Shown: positions 17,208-26,279 of the stretch, in pieces
Position numbering within the stretch: the first letter of the stretch is position 1
Layout: each line of letters begins with the position of its first letter
Source of the DNA: Candidatus Moraniibacteriota bacterium
Lineage (GTDB): Bacteria; Patescibacteriota; Minisyncoccia; Moranbacterales; GCA-2747515
Reading direction: 5' to 3'
Length of the DNA: 64,000 bases
Assembly (NCBI GenBank): GCA_016699795.1
Contig: CP065011.1
Location: 155,131-219,130, forward strand
Notes under the pieces: generated by a model
The model's input: only the letters and a program-made list of their open reading frames with translations
The model's database searches: none
What the model was told of the DNA's origin: nothing
Translations under genes and position numbers: made by a program

Positions 17208-20114
17208 CTACCGCTTAAGCGTTATTATAATTTTCTTGTCTTCAATTGAGAATTCTTTTTTGATATCATTTTCTGAAAGCAAGTTTGATTGGATATTATT
17301 TGCCAAAACTTCTTTTTGAATCATTTCTCCAAACTTATTGAAAATTTCTTCCATTCCATCATATCCGACTCGAATACGATTATCAACTTCATATCCCGCT
17401 TCTTTGCGCATTTCTTGAATAACTCTAATTATCTCGCGAGCATTGCCTTCCATTTTCAACTCCTCAGTAATTTCAATATTTAGTTCAACCTTATTTTCTG
17501 GTCCACTTTTAATAACAACATTTTTGACATTAACCTCTTCTTTCATAATTTCTATAAAATCTTCCTGCATTTCATAGTTCGTAATTATCAATTCGGAAAG
17601 TGGTTGTCGGACCTTGATTCCATTTTTTGCACGCAATTGCAAAGCCTCCGTAATGATTTTTCTGGTATTATCCATTTTTTCATTTAACTCCGCGTCAATC
17701 AATTTTTCATCAGCCACAGGGAAGTCAACCAAATGTACAGATTCTTCATTTGCTAAGTTCTTATAAATTTCTTCTGCAATAAATGGAGTAAATGGTGACA
17801 TAACCTTTGATAATTCCACCAAAACATAGTGCAATGTTTGGTAAGCAGCTTCTTTATCACCATCATCCTCAGATTTCCAAAATCTCTTTCGGCTGCGGCG
17901 AATATACCAGTTAGATAATTCATCAATAAAATCCATGACTGGTTTCGTAGCATTTGGCAAATCATAAGCCAACATGTTTTCGTCAGCTGTTTTAATAAGT
18001 TTATGCAACTTTGATACAATCCATTTATCCAGCAAGCTTATTGTTTGAGGTCTCTCGCCTAAATTTTGAGGAGACCATTTATCTACATTGGCGTACATGA
18101 CGAAAAAACCATAACTGTTCCACAAGGTGCCCAATTTTCTTTGAATATCAGAAACATCCTTATCAATTAAGGCAAAATCGTCACCATTGAGCAGTGGTGA
18201 ACTTATCAAGAGGTATCTCAAGGCATCGGCACTATATTTCTCAAGCAAAACATTCGGATCCGTATAATTACCTAAAGATTTTGACATCTTTTTACCATCC
18301 GAACCCGCAATCGTACCAGTTACAATGACATTTTTAAAAGATTCCTTTCCAAAAAGACCCACTGATACGGCATGTAGGTAATAGAACCACGCACGAACTT
18401 GACCAACATATTCAGAAATAAAATCTCCCGGAAAATTTTCTTCAAACTTCTCCCTATTCTCAAACGGATAATGAAATTGAGCAAATGGCATTGACCCCGA
18501 TTCAAACCAGCAGTCCATAACTTTTTCAATTCTTCTCATCCCAATACCATCTATTTCAAAAGTTATTTTGTCGACATAAGGCAAATGGTAATCTCCAAGT
18601 TCTACGCCCGAAAGTTCCTTTAATTCTGCATAACTACCCACGACTTTTGTTACTACTGTTCCGTCAGATTGTGTTCCGCGCCAAACCGGAATAGGCGTAG
18701 CCCAAAATCGATCACGACTTAAGTTCCAATCGGGAGCAGTTTCCACAGTATTCCTAAACCGCTTTTCCTTAAAATGATCCGGGAACCAGTTGATATTCTC
18801 ATTTTCTTCCAACATCTCTTTTCTTTGCCCGTCAATATCCATAAACCAGCTTGGATGAGCTCGGTACATCAACTTCGTACCACACCTATGGCAATGTGGG
18901 TATTCATGCTGGACATAGTCAATTTTTAATACAACATCATCCACCAAAAAAGTTTTGGCTATTTCTTTATTTACTTCCCAAACATTTTTATCCTTCCATC
19001 TTCCATCGACATAGATTCCGTTTTCATCAACCGTATTTACGACTGGCAGTTTCTCTTTTTTAGCAACCACATAGTCATCTTCTCCGAAAGCCGGAGCGAT
19101 ATGCACAATACCTGTTCCATCTTCTGTTGTCACAAAATCCGCACCAATGATTCTGTGCGCTTTATCCCCATGATTTTTAAAAAGAGGCTTATACTTTTTA
19201 TTGACTAATTCCGCACCACTAATTTCTCCGACTATCTTCGGTGGAGTAGGCGGAACATCCAAGGAATTCAATTCTTTAACGGCAACAAATAAAACTTCCT
19301 TCTTATTTTCATAAGTTTCTTTTGCTAAAATAAAAATTTCTTCCTCCCCTTTTTTGTTATTATATCTAACTTTTACATAGTCAATTTTTTCACCTATTGC
19401 TAAGGCTACATTGGCCGATAATGTCCAAGGTGTCGTTGTCCAGGCTAATAAATATGTATTTTCTTCGCCTTCAAGTTGAAATTTCACATAAACCGATGGA
19501 TCAGTTACCACCTTATAGCTATTATCCATAGCTACTTCAGCTTTTGAAATCGGAGTCGCACACCGCGTGCAATACATTAGAACCTTTTCACCTTCATATA
19601 TTTTTCCTTTTTCATACAATTGCTTAAATGCCCACCAAACACTTTCCATGTATTCTTTATCCATGGTCTTGTATGCATTTTTAAATTCTACCCAGCGGCC
19701 GATTCTCTCAATTGTATCTTCCCAAACACTACCACCTTGAACCATTTCTCTATGACAAGTTTGAATATATTTTTCTAATCCAATTTTTGGAATGTCACGT
19801 TTATCTTTAATGCCTAGTTTTTTTTCTACCAAATTTTCCGCAGGTAGACCATGACAATCCCAACCCCAACGCCTTTCTACTCGCTTACCTTTCATAGTCC
19901 AGTACCGTGGCACTACATCTTTCACGATCGAAGAAAGTAATGTCCCATAATGAGGAATTCCTGTTATGAAAGGAGGTCCGTCATAGAAAACATACGCATC
20001 TTTTTTATCTCTCATCTCCACAGACTTTTTAAAAGTATCATTTTCCTTCCAAAACTTAATCATCTCCTGTTCCATTTCTGAATATTTTTTTCTTAATTCT
20101 ACCTTTTTAAACAT
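17208..20114 (-). CDS. ileS: isoleucyl-tRNA synthetase, eukaryote-like type 2
   Basis: 968 aa; YDGPPFITGIPHYGTLL (type-2 HYGH-class HIGH region); GWDCHGLP; KMSKS (KKMSKSLGN); CP1 editing domain present. Confidence 0.9.
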   Translation of the reverse strand: MFKKVELRKKYSEMEQEMIKFWKENDTFKKSVEMRDKKDAYVFYDGPPFITGIPHYGTLLSSIVKDVVPRYWTMKGKRVERRWGWDCHGLPAENLVEKKLGIKDKRDIPKIGLEKYIQTCHREMVQGGSVWEDTIERIGRWVEFKNAYKTMDKEYMESVWWAFKQLYEKGKIYEGEKVLMYCTRCATPISKAEVAMDNSYKVVTDPSVYVKFQLEGEENTYLLAWTTTPWTLSANVALAIGEKIDYVKVRYNNKKGEEEIFILAKETYENKKEVLFVAVKELNSLDVPPTPPKIVGEISGAELVNKKYKPLFKNHGDKAHRIIGADFVTTEDGTGIVHIAPAFGEDDYVVAKKEKLPVVNTVDENGIYVDGRWKDKNVWEVNKEIAKTFLVDDVVLKIDYVQHEYPHCHRCGTKLMYRAHPSWFMDIDGQRKEMLEENENINWFPDHFKEKRFRNTVETAPDWNLSRDRFWATPIPVWRGTQSDGTVVTKVVGSYAELKELSGVELGDYHLPYVDKITFEIDGIGMRRIEKVMDCWFESGSMPFAQFHYPFENREKFEENFPGDFISEYVGQVRAWFYYLHAVSVGLFGKESFKNVIVTGTIAGSDGKKMSKSLGNYTDPNVLLEKYSADALRYLLISSPLLNGDDFALIDKDVSDIQRKLGTLWNSYGFFVMYANVDKWSPQNLGERPQTISLLDKWIVSKLHKLIKTADENMLAYDLPNATKPVMDFIDELSNWYIRRSRKRFWKSEDDGDKEAAYQTLHYVLVELSKVMSPFTPFIAEEIYKNLANEESVHLVDFPVADEKLIDAELNEKMDNTRKIITEALQLRAKNGIKVRQPLSELIITNYEMQEDFIEIMKEEVNVKNVVIKSGPENKVELNIEITEELKMEGNAREIIRVIQEMRKEAGYEVDNRIRVGYDGMEEIFNKFGEMIQKEVLANNIQSNLLSENDIKKEFSIEDKKIIITLKR

Positions 20115-20379
20115 AAAATTATCATTTTATAATATTTAACTAACATAAAAATAAAAATCCCTACACAAATAATGTATAAGGACGATTGAAAATCGTGGTA
20201 CCACCTTAATTCCCCCAATATTTATATGGAGCTTGATTATGGCTATTACGGGCCACCCGGTGGATTCTACTTGCCTAATAGGCTTTCTTTTCACAGCATT
20301 GGGATTGATAGTCCCTCAAGCGCTTTATATATATAATACTTCTTTTTAAATATTAGGCAAATTACCAATCTTCTTAACT

Positions 20380-20815
20380 ATTTTATCAAGACTCTCAAAT
20401 AATGATTTCCTTTGACGGATCTACCGTTAAATCTGGATGTTTTGGAATTTCGTAATGCATATCCTTACCAATTTTTTCACTTCGTATATAAATCCAAAAG
20501 AGATTAATCAGTTTTGTAATCATATCCCGTATTGATTAAAAAGGTGCTATAACAGGAACGACCCTATTAAAACCTTGGCTATTAAGAACTTTTGTCAATC
20601 GCGCAACTCGCATATTGTGTTCCTTTCTATCTTCATTGCTAAATCCTAGATCTATTTAAATTGATACACGCGATTCATCTCCATCAAGAACTACAGCACT
20701 TAGTCGATCCTTTAGCAAATATGCGAGCAAGGTCTTACCTGAATTAACATTCCCAGTTTACTATATAATTCTTTTTTTGCTGTCTCATATCTTGGTTACT
20801 GAGATTTCTTCAATT
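20380..20815 (-). pseudogene. cysC: adenylylsulfate (APS) kinase pseudogene
   Basis: Minus-strand frame: AGGAGG-6nt-ATG MEKQIEEISVTKI*DSKKRII**TGNVNSGKTLLAYLLKDRLSAVVLDGDESRVSI*IDLGFSNEDRKEHNMRVARLTKVLN, then a frameshift and ..SQGFNRVVPVIAPF*. This matches CysC (..TGLSGSGKSTLA..[34 protein letters not shown]..FISP) but carries in-frame TGA, TAG and TAA codons plus at least one frameshift. Confidence 0.6.
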
Positions 20816-21137
20816 TGCTTTTCCATTCTAATCCTCCTGATTCCCCAGCCAGCATCACGACTATAAAAAACTTCTTTATATCAGGAATAGCTACTAAACA
20901 TTTTCATCACCCTCATACTCCTTTCTAATCCTCGCCATTCATTCTTCAACCAGATAAAGATAGATAAAATCTTAGAGTATCTCTAGCAGCGATGACGACG
21001 CTGCCACATTCATTTAGAACAACATTAATGGGAGCATTATGACCTCTGTGAAACGGTTGCTAACGACCTATACATAATGATTTACTCATGCATTTATGAA
21101 TACGCTGAATTCATCCTTAATTAATTTAACGGTTTTA

Positions 21138-21905
21138 TCAGTACTTTAAAATCTGATTTATCTTATTCGCTTTAGTTTTTGAGTTTATTTCATCCAAGAA
21201 AAGAGTAAATGATTCTCTTCGTGGAAGTAACCCTATCTCTCCCCTTTCTATTCCACGAGAATGACCAGGCAAATCAATATCACCTGTCACATTTTTAAAA
21301 TCAGCGTAATTCAGGAAAAGATCGCTATAATTGATTCCAATGTGACCACAAATTTTTTTCATTTCTTGAATGGGATTATTACAGAAATTTTCATACTTAA
21401 ATATCATCACTTCCTTTCCTACTAAGCTTGTTGTTAGCTCATATAAAAAATCAAGATTTTTATCATAAAATGTTCTTGGAGAAGCATTAAGAGAAAGCCA
21501 AACATCAATAGCGTTTCTAACAAAAGCAATCGGTATAACCGGAAAAAATTTGAATAGCGCATCAAGCGTAGCCAATGATTTAGATGGTTTAAAATTATTA
21601 TATCGGGATGGTACGAAACTTCCGAATGTCCAATCGCGAACTACTAGAGTTAAATTTTTAGAAATACAATATTCATATATTTCAGTTATGTTTTCAATAA
21701 ATCCTTCCGACTTCAATTCCAAACCGTACCATTCTTTAGATTGCTCTTTAATCGTGCTACAAGAACTAGGGCACAAAGCTTCAATACTTACCTCAGATAA
21801 AACAAAAGTATTGGGAATACTAGCAATGCATCTATTAAGCAAAGTCCCTCCGGACCGTGCATAAGCCATCATCACCACAATCGGTTTAGAATATTTATTT
21901 ATCAT
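21138..21905 (-). CDS. PAPS-dependent sulfotransferase family protein
   Basis: 255 aa; 5'-PSB-like motif ARSGGTLL near the N-terminus and 3'-PB-like RNAIDVWLS (RxxxDxxxS). Confidence 0.6.
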   Translation of the reverse strand: MINKYSKPIVVMMAYARSGGTLLNRCIASIPNTFVLSEVSIEALCPSSCSTIKEQSKEWYGLELKSEGFIENITEIYEYCISKNLTLVVRDWTFGSFVPSRYNNFKPSKSLATLDALFKFFPVIPIAFVRNAIDVWLSLNASPRTFYDKNLDFLYELTTSLVGKEVMIFKYENFCNNPIQEMKKICGHIGINYSDLFLNYADFKNVTGDIDLPGHSRGIERGEIGLLPRRESFTLFLDEINSKTKANKINQILKY

Positions 21906-21916
21906 CGTTTCTTTCG

Positions 21917-22876
21917 TTAGTTTTTAACTAAAGCTTCATCATATTTCTTTGATATAATTTCAACTTGTTTCTTCAAGTCTGTTATCGTTCCCTTCGCGGG
22001 AGATAATGAATAGGATGGCGTGAAAATATAATTATTATTATTGCCACCAACCCAGTATCTTCCATCCAGTAATATTTGTTCAGAAGTATTTGTCAAATTA
22101 TTTTTAAAAGTTTCGTCTACGGGAGCAATCCTAAAAAAGAAATCTTTATCCAAATCATAAATAATCCCATATCTATTTTTTATTTTTGTCTCATCATAAG
22201 CAATTTTATTTAATTTAATCCAATCGGCTAATATTTTTTTGATTAATTCAACACTAACATGAGGAGAATCATCAAGCCTCAATTCTTCTATTAGCTTTAA
22301 ATTTATCTTATTTTTATAGCAAAAATCAAATAAGCTAGGTAATGACGATATATTTATTTCAGTTACCGGAGTATTGAACTCTATTCTGCCCCCCCTTGAT
22401 TTGATGAATAATGCTGAATCCAAAGTATTTTTTAGACCATCTTTATCAAATCTCGCTCTTGTCGTTTTTTCATATATGTCCTTATCTAAAGATGGCAAAT
22501 GTATATGAACATCAGATAATCCATTTTTCAATAAATCATCAGCTAACTCAAGAGTCATTCTGGAACCATTAGTAGTCATCCCAACATCTTTCACATACTG
22601 ATTCAATATGCTAAATATTTCCACCAGGTCTTTTCTTAACGTTGGTTCACCACCCGTTATCTGGATGTGAAGATTTTTCTCATTAATAATATTTTTTAGT
22701 TCACTAACAAATTCCCGGACTTGCTCTAATGGAATAAATCCATATCCTCGCGTATACTTTCCATCTACGAATGGTCCGCAATATATACAATTTTGATTAC
22801 ATGCTCCCGTTACCGATAATCTTATTTCATAAAATGGCATAGAAACATGAAAATCTTTTGTATTCTCTAATAGCAT
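21917..22876 (-). CDS. radical SAM protein, MoaA/viperin-like class, lacking the MoaA C-terminal auxiliary-cluster cysteines
   Basis: 319 aa; IRLSVTGACNQNCIYCGP (CxxxCxxC); ITGGEPTLRKDL; MTTNGS. MoaA-like TIM-barrel region present; no C-terminal CxxC...C motif. Confidence 0.8.
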   Translation of the reverse strand: MLLENTKDFHVSMPFYEIRLSVTGACNQNCIYCGPFVDGKYTRGYGFIPLEQVREFVSELKNIINEKNLHIQITGGEPTLRKDLVEIFSILNQYVKDVGMTTNGSRMTLELADDLLKNGLSDVHIHLPSLDKDIYEKTTRARFDKDGLKNTLDSALFIKSRGGRIEFNTPVTEINISSLPSLFDFCYKNKINLKLIEELRLDDSPHVSVELIKKILADWIKLNKIAYDETKIKNRYGIIYDLDKDFFFRIAPVDETFKNNLTNTSEQILLDGRYWVGGNNNNYIFTPSYSLSPAKGTITDLKKQVEIISKKYDEALVKN

Positions 22877-22882
22877 AAATAT

Positions 22883-23653
22883 TTATATTTTTTCCCAAGT
22901 TATTACATCTCCGACTCGAATGTTAAGTTCTCTTGCACTATCCGTGCATCTGACTTTTCCTAGTTCAGGTAACCCCATGGAACTTCCGGGATAAAGTACC
23001 CAAGTTCCGGTATCATGATCCATCATTCGCGCTGAAGTTATGACCTCAATAGATTCATTTCCATTTACAAATATCCTCACTTTTGTTCCTTCTGGATAAT
23101 CAGGGAATTGATCTTTTATTTTCATTAACCCAAAATTATCAATATGAACGACGACACCTTTTTTAACAGAAAAGTCGCACAATTCGTCTTTACTTAGTTC
23201 CTTTCCATATTCTTCAAATGAAATCCTTGATGCTATTTTGGCAACCATTGGAGAATGAACATACTTGCCTCCGAACGGATAAAATTTACTTTCTTTTATT
23301 TCATATAGAGATTTTATACCAAAATCATCAAATAACCAATTCAATGTTCCAGTATCCGCACCTTCAAAATATATACCATTCGCAAGTTCGCCAAAAATTC
23401 TTTTTGGTCTCTGTTGGGATGGGTTAAGAATTAACATAAAAATAACGTCCTCCTTATAATGTTCTGCCATCAGTCGTGTAAGAAATGCTCCATTCGTTAT
23501 GGAAAATTCCTCGGCGGGAATAAGAGGCTCAATCTCTGTATAGCTATTGCCCAACTTTTCACACTCAGATAATATTTGTCTTCTAATTTCACAAAATGCA
23601 ACATCTTTGCAATCTGTAATGACTACAACATGTTTAACTGGTTTTTTCTTGTT
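22883..23653 (-). CDS. DUF62 / SAM hydroxide adenosyltransferase-fluorinase-chlorinase family protein (paralog 2)
   Basis: Likely start is the GTG at 23653 (VNKKKPVKHVVVITDCKDVAF aligns with the paralog-1 N-terminus MNKKNVVIITDCKDVAF); the tracked ORF starts 54 nt upstream. HIDNFGLMK motif present. 6-nt gap to the radical SAM gene. Confidence 0.7.
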   Translation of the reverse strand, partial: NKKKPVKHVVVITDCKDVAFCEIRRQILSECEKLGNSYTEIEPLIPAEEFSITNGAFLTRLMAEHYKEDVIFMLILNPSQQRPKRIFGELANGIYFEGADTGTLNWLFDDFGIKSLYEIKESKFYPFGGKYVHSPMVAKIASRISFEEYGKELSKDELCDFSVKKGVVVHIDNFGLMKIKDQFPDYPEGTKVRIFVNGNESIEVITSARMMDHDTGTWVLYPGSSMGLPELGKVRCTDSARELNIRVGDVITWEKI

Positions 23654-23726
23654 CACACTTAATGTTAAAATTAGGTAATTAAAGCACGCTAAGAATATTA
23701 GTATCACGCAATCTGGCTATTATATA

Positions 23727-23838
23727 ACTCATCTAGGGTTATTCCTAGGAAAATGCCCCAATAGTTTTGTGATTTACAGTAACGTATTAACTAAGTTATA
23801 CCTCTATTGTAATACTTTTCTATAAAAGACAAAAGTGA
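23727..23838. repeat. copy 2 of the ~110-bp direct repeat, immediately upstream of the DUF62-2 operon
   Basis: aactcatctagggttattcctaggaaaatgccccaatagttttgtgatttacagtaacgtattaactaagttatacctctattgtaatacttttctataaaagacaaaagtgaa. The speH ATG is degenerate here (ATA); promoter-like TTGTCT-15nt-TACAAT retained on the minus strand. Confidence 0.85.
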
Positions 23839-23903
23839 AAAATCCACAAAAAAGACCGATTTTCTTCAATCGGTCTCAAGAAAATCTAATTTCTCGTCTA
23901 GAG

Positions 23904-24761
23904 TTATTCGCAATATTCATTCATATTGGAATAATCAACTTCACTCCCCCGCAGAGGAAGACGTTTGAAAAGATTTTTATTCTTCAGAGGAGAATTATTT
24001 ACCTCAAAAAACTTTTGAATATCACCTATTCCCACGAAATCAAAAAAATCTTGATAATAACCTTGAGAAAAAGGATATTCGCTAAAGTTTGTTTTTGCTA
24101 TTTTGTTCATAATTCGAACATTTTTAGCATAAACCTCTTTGAAAGATCTCATCGAAAGAAAGGGATAGAGCTTCTGCGCATCTTCAAAAGGTAACTCTCG
24201 TTCTTGATAAAGCCTCCATTGATACGTACTCGCCACAATCTGAGGATAAAATCCATTATATTTCGTTATATCTTTGGCATACCCCACGGATTTGAGGAGT
24301 CTAAATTCAAAATCCCCACAATACAAACCCTGCGTTAGCAAAGAAGCATTTTCCAAGTATGTGAGAATGAGAACAGGATTCACCACAAAACCCAGTTCCG
24401 AAGAACTATTTTCTCTCACCGAATAATAAACAATTTCGGCAGGAGTTAAATTATGACTCGCATTTCCTCCTTGCAGTTGAGGTGTTTGTATCGCGCCAGG
24501 GCCATCTTGCCAGCTCGGCCTACTCCAAGTATTACAAGGATCCGCGCTTCGTAGTATTCGAGACCAGCATGTTCTCTGTGCATAGCACCAAAGATTAGTA
24601 TCTTTCATTTCTTGATACAAAGAGATCTCTTCGTTTTCATTTTCCGCTTGTAAGGAAAACGCCATCAAGAAAAGAAATAACGCCAAAACAAGAAGTGTGT
24701 ATTTTTTCACCAACTTTTCCTCTTTATGATTTGACAAAGTACCACCGATGTTCCAGCTCAA
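23904..24761 (-). CDS. hypothetical secreted protein
   Basis: 285 aa; hydrophobic signal-like segment LLVLALFLFLMAFSLQA followed by an acidic stretch; no motif recognised. Confidence 0.4.
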   Translation of the reverse strand: MSWNIGGTLSNHKEEKLVKKYTLLVLALFLFLMAFSLQAENENEEISLYQEMKDTNLWCYAQRTCWSRILRSADPCNTWSRPSWQDGPGAIQTPQLQGGNASHNLTPAEIVYYSVRENSSSELGFVVNPVLILTYLENASLLTQGLYCGDFEFRLLKSVGYAKDITKYNGFYPQIVASTYQWRLYQERELPFEDAQKLYPFLSMRSFKEVYAKNVRIMNKIAKTNFSEYPFSQGYYQDFFDFVGIGDIQKFFEVNNSPLKNKNLFKRLPLRGSEVDYSNMNEYCE

Positions 24762-24888
24762 AAGTATCGACTAAATGTATTTCTGTCAATAAAAAATCGT
24801 GCACACTTCACTTATTTTTTTAATTTTTGTTATAAAAAAACCGCGCAAAAAGAAATATTATTTTCCTTTCTACACGGTTTTTGAGTAA

Positions 24889-25569
24889 TCAGCTCCAGAT
24901 AATTTGAGCTATTTCCTCAAATTTTTCTCTTTCACTTCTATCATCTCTATACCATTGGGCAAGTGAAAGATAAGAAGTAATAATGGCATCAAGTTCGTAT
25001 TCCAAATAAGGAGAAGGTAAGCCCCTCTGAACATACCCAATGTCATAAAAAAACTTCATATTCTTCTTGGTTTCTCTCCAATCAAAAAGTATCTCGGAAG
25101 ATATCTTGATAGGAGGAAATGTTCTTCGAAACCACAAAGGATCCAGACTATGATGTAATTGAATTTCATGACGAATCTCATGACTGGCAATTTGAATAGC
25201 CATTGATTCAAGAGCTTCCAAGCTCCCATCAGTAAATCTGAATTCTTCTACGATTTCTTTTGGGTGAAGAATGTATCCGAACTCGCATGGAAAATCTTTT
25301 TGTCTTCCGTTTACGAAAGCACTGGTAACCAAAGAGTTCGGATGGAAGCTACAATAAGCACTATCTTCGTGAGGAAAAAATTTCTTTCTCTCTTGAATCG
25401 CCCCATGAAAGAAATAGAAATTCACCTTTCCTTTTTCAGGAATGTTTTCTTCATGAATAGAAACATTACTCAGTTGTATGATCTTTTGAGACCCCGTAAC
25501 TACCGAATGTAAGATAGAGAAACAATTTCTCATTCCTCTTAAAAGACTTTCACTGCCTATATTTGTCAT
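24889..25569 (-). CDS. hypothetical protein with HExxH metallopeptidase-like motif
   Basis: 226 aa; HEIRHEIQLHH (HExxH plus downstream His). Confidence 0.35.
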   Translation of the reverse strand: MTNIGSESLLRGMRNCFSILHSVVTGSQKIIQLSNVSIHEENIPEKGKVNFYFFHGAIQERKKFFPHEDSAYCSFHPNSLVTSAFVNGRQKDFPCEFGYILHPKEIVEEFRFTDGSLEALESMAIQIASHEIRHEIQLHHSLDPLWFRRTFPPIKISSEILFDWRETKKNMKFFYDIGYVQRGLPSPYLEYELDAIITSYLSLAQWYRDDRSEREKFEEIAQIIWS

Positions 25570-25967
25570 CGCTGTGTTCCTCCCACTTATTTCTTTTTAC
25601 AAGGTACGAAAATTTACAATGCTATCTTTTTCCACTTTTGTCAAAATCTGCACTCCTTCACCTGATATATAAACGATTCCAAACGTATTCAATCCTCTAA
25701 GAAAACCACATAAAGCAAAACTCAAACGGTATAAAAATAAGAAGGTATTATTTATTTATAAGGTCCGACTTTTTTCACAAAACAACACTCAATAAATGAG
25801 TGTTATACCTATTCTGCGCAAAAATTCTCTTCAAAATTTTTTATTAACCTATTTTTTCATTTCTCCTCTTTTTCTATTTTCTTTGATGAATTCGAAATAA
25901 GATTGAACAAAGGATAAAAAAACTCCAATTCCAGATATAATGTAAAAAATTGTAACAATAAAAACGA

Positions 25968-26279
25968 TTACAGATCTCTGCGATCTCTAGGATCGATATA
26001 AGAAAATAATTGCAAAAGAAGATACCCAAAAAAGGCATACAAAACAAGCGCTACCAGCGTTGCAAAATCGACCAAAAATCCTCCGAGATTAAAATCGGGA
26101 AGGATTCTTACAAATGGGCTAACAAGGGACTCCGTCACACCGTAAACCCAAACTACAAATGGTGTACTCGAATTGGCTGCAAAAAAAATAAATACAAAAC
26201 GAAACATCAGCAAAAATTCAATGATGCCAAAGACTATATTCACCAACGTTCTTATAATTCCTAACATAAACTTACTATG
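25968..26279 (-). CDS. YggT-family integral membrane protein
   Basis: YGGT-like repeats (FVRILPDFNLGGFLVDFATLVALV). The tracked ORF extends to 26396; the internal Met MHSKFML is the more likely start. Confidence 0.45.
   Translation of the reverse strand, partial: HSKFMLGIIRTLVNIVFGIIEFLLMFRFVFIFFAANSSTPFVVWVYGVTESLVSPFVRILPDFNLGGFLVDFATLVALVLYAFFGYLLLQLFSYIDPRDRRDL

Noticed and set aside
20380-20815. UGA/UAG recoding (alternative genetic code) as the explanation for stops inside the APS kinase frame
   Set aside because: All three stop codons plus a frameshift occur within 400 nt, whereas neighbouring genes end cleanly at TGA/TAA. This indicates decay, not recoding.
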